A stretch of DNA of 64,000 nt, taken from contig CAMDWJ010000008.1 of assembly GCA_945877815.1 (NCBI GenBank), positions 51,936 through 115,935 on the forward strand, given 5' to 3'. The notes below the pieces were generated by a model. The model saw only the letters and a list, made by a program, of their open reading frames with translations. It was not told the origin of the DNA and made no database searches. This DNA comes from Caenispirillum bisanense (GTDB taxonomy: Bacteria > Pseudomonadota > Alphaproteobacteria > Rhodospirillales > UBA2165). The position numbers and the translations under genes were made by a program. This document shows, in pieces, positions 63,009 through 64,000 of this stretch; the first letter of the stretch is position 1; each line of letters opens with the position of its first letter.

Positions 63009-63658
63009 GAGCCTGCTACCTTAGCCGGACCGGGTGCCGCCGGCGGCACGTCCTGTGTTGCCTTCTCGTCACCCGGAAGTTGGCGTGTGATTCCTTCCCA
63101 TGGCGAGAGGAAATCGAAGGTCCGGAATTCCTGGGTGAGTTTCACCGGCTCGTACACGACGCGTTTTTGCTCGTCGTCGTAACGGACTTCGACATAGCCG
63201 GTCAGCGGGAAATCCTTACGCAACGGATGCCCCTCGAAACCGTAGTCGGTGAGGATGCGGCGCAGGTCGGGATGGTTCGAGAAGAAGATGCCGAACAGAT
63301 CCCATGCCTCGCGTTCGAACCATGATGCGGCGCTGTAGAGTTCGGCAACCGACGGAACCGGCGTCTCTTCGTCCGTTTCGACGACGACGCGAACACGCAT
63401 ATTTCCGGTCAAGCTGAGCAGATTGTAGACAACATCGAAGCGCCGTTCGCGCTCGGGAAAATCGACACCGGCAATGTCCATCAACTGCTTGAAATGGCAA
63501 TTCGGATCGTCGCGCAGCAGCGCCAACACCTTGACGATCCGGTCGCGTTCGACCCTCAACGTCAATTCGCCATTCTTCACCTTGGCATCGACGAGTGCCG
63601 GACCGATTCTATCGGTTACGTACTCGAGCAGGTCTCCAATCGAATCGACGTCCGCCAT
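63005..63658 (-). CDS. nuoC: NADH-quinone oxidoreductase subunit C
   Basis: 217 aa from ATG 63658 ([14 protein letters not shown]), carrying ERE.WD.FGI.F..HPDLRR. It has a short Pro/Ala-rich C-terminal tail. Confidence 0.9.
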   Translation of the reverse strand: MADVDSIGDLLEYVTDRIGPALVDAKVKNGELTLRVERDRIVKVLALLRDDPNCHFKQLMDIAGVDFPERERRFDVVYNLLSLTGNMRVRVVVETDEETPVPSVAELYSAASWFEREAWDLFGIFFSNHPDLRRILTDYGFEGHPLRKDFPLTGYVEVRYDDEQKRVVYEPVKLTQEFRTFDFLSPWEGITRQLPGDEKATQDVPPAAPGPAKVAGS

Positions 63659-63688
63659 ACTACCCCAATGGACACCCACCCCCGCCGC

Positions 63689-64000
63689 TTAGCGCCAGAG
63701 CGTGCCGGTCCTCCGGATTTTTCGTTGCAATTGCAAGATGCCATAGACGAGCGCTTCCGCCGTCGGCGGGCATCCTGGAACATATATGTCGACCGGGACG
63801 ACGCGGTCGCATCCCCGAACAACTGAATAGGAATAATGATAGTAACCGCCGCCGTTGGCACACGATCCCATCGAGATCACGTAACGCGGCTCGGCCATTT
63901 GGTCGTAGACCTTGCGAAAGGCCGGCGCCATTTTGTTGGTCAGGGTGCCCGCAACGATGATGACGTCCGATTGACGCGGGCTCGGTCGCGGCACCACACC
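63689..64000 (-). CDS. nuoB: NADH-quinone oxidoreductase subunit B, C-terminal part (gene continues past the right edge)
   Basis: It contains ...[34 protein letters not shown]..., and the frame is open to the window end. Confidence 0.9.
   Translation of the reverse strand, partial: GVVPRPSPRQSDVIIVAGTLTNKMAPAFRKVYDQMAEPRYVISMGSCANGGGYYHYSYSVVRGCDRVVPVDIYVPGCPPTAEALVYGILQLQRKIRRTGTLWR

Overview
This is a 64-kb, GC-rich (about 60%) chromosomal segment. It carries alphaproteobacterial (Rhizobiales/Hyphomicrobiales-like) hallmarks: LpxI instead of LpxH, a perfect GAAC-N7-GAAC SOS box in front of lexA, separate nuoC and nuoD, and long runs of conserved core synteny. About 58 protein genes are packed tightly, many with ATGA/GTGA start-stop overlaps. 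The order is: tpiA (partial) | ppiD-trpE | VOC protein, YibQ-like deacetylase, copA, decayed DUF305 gene | trpG-trpD-trpC-moaC-moeA | lexA | comEC | gltX-gltA | lpxB-lpxI-lpxA-fabZ-lpxD-skp-bamA-rseP-dxr-cdsA-uppS-frr-pyrH-tsf-rpsB | CrtI-like oxidoreductase | dnaE | orphan ABC substrate-binding protein | lolD-lolC-proS | Ala/Thr-rich repeat protein and tag | DUF1467-rnj-coaX-birA-nuoN..nuoB (partial). I saw no rRNA, tRNA, CRISPR array, transposase, integrase or recognisable defence gene. I do not find evidence for a new multi-gene system; the window is overwhelmingly housekeeping. The items worth a second look are listed here.
- A secreted Ala/Thr-rich protein is built from a 510-bp tandem duplication.
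- About 59-bp direct repeats bracket a single orphan SBP gene.
- A family of nested-palindrome intergenic repeats occurs at five spacers and includes one 307-bp MITE-like composite.
- A DUF305 gene with three disabling lesions sits next to a copA that has an unusual N-terminus and a G7-centred palindromic operator.
- An archaeal/eukaryote-type ProRS occupies a conserved bacterial locus.
- A sharp 34% GC synonymous patch lies inside gltX.
All family calls come from motif recognition by eye. No searches were run, so the exact starts of several genes are judgement calls, and these are noted per feature.
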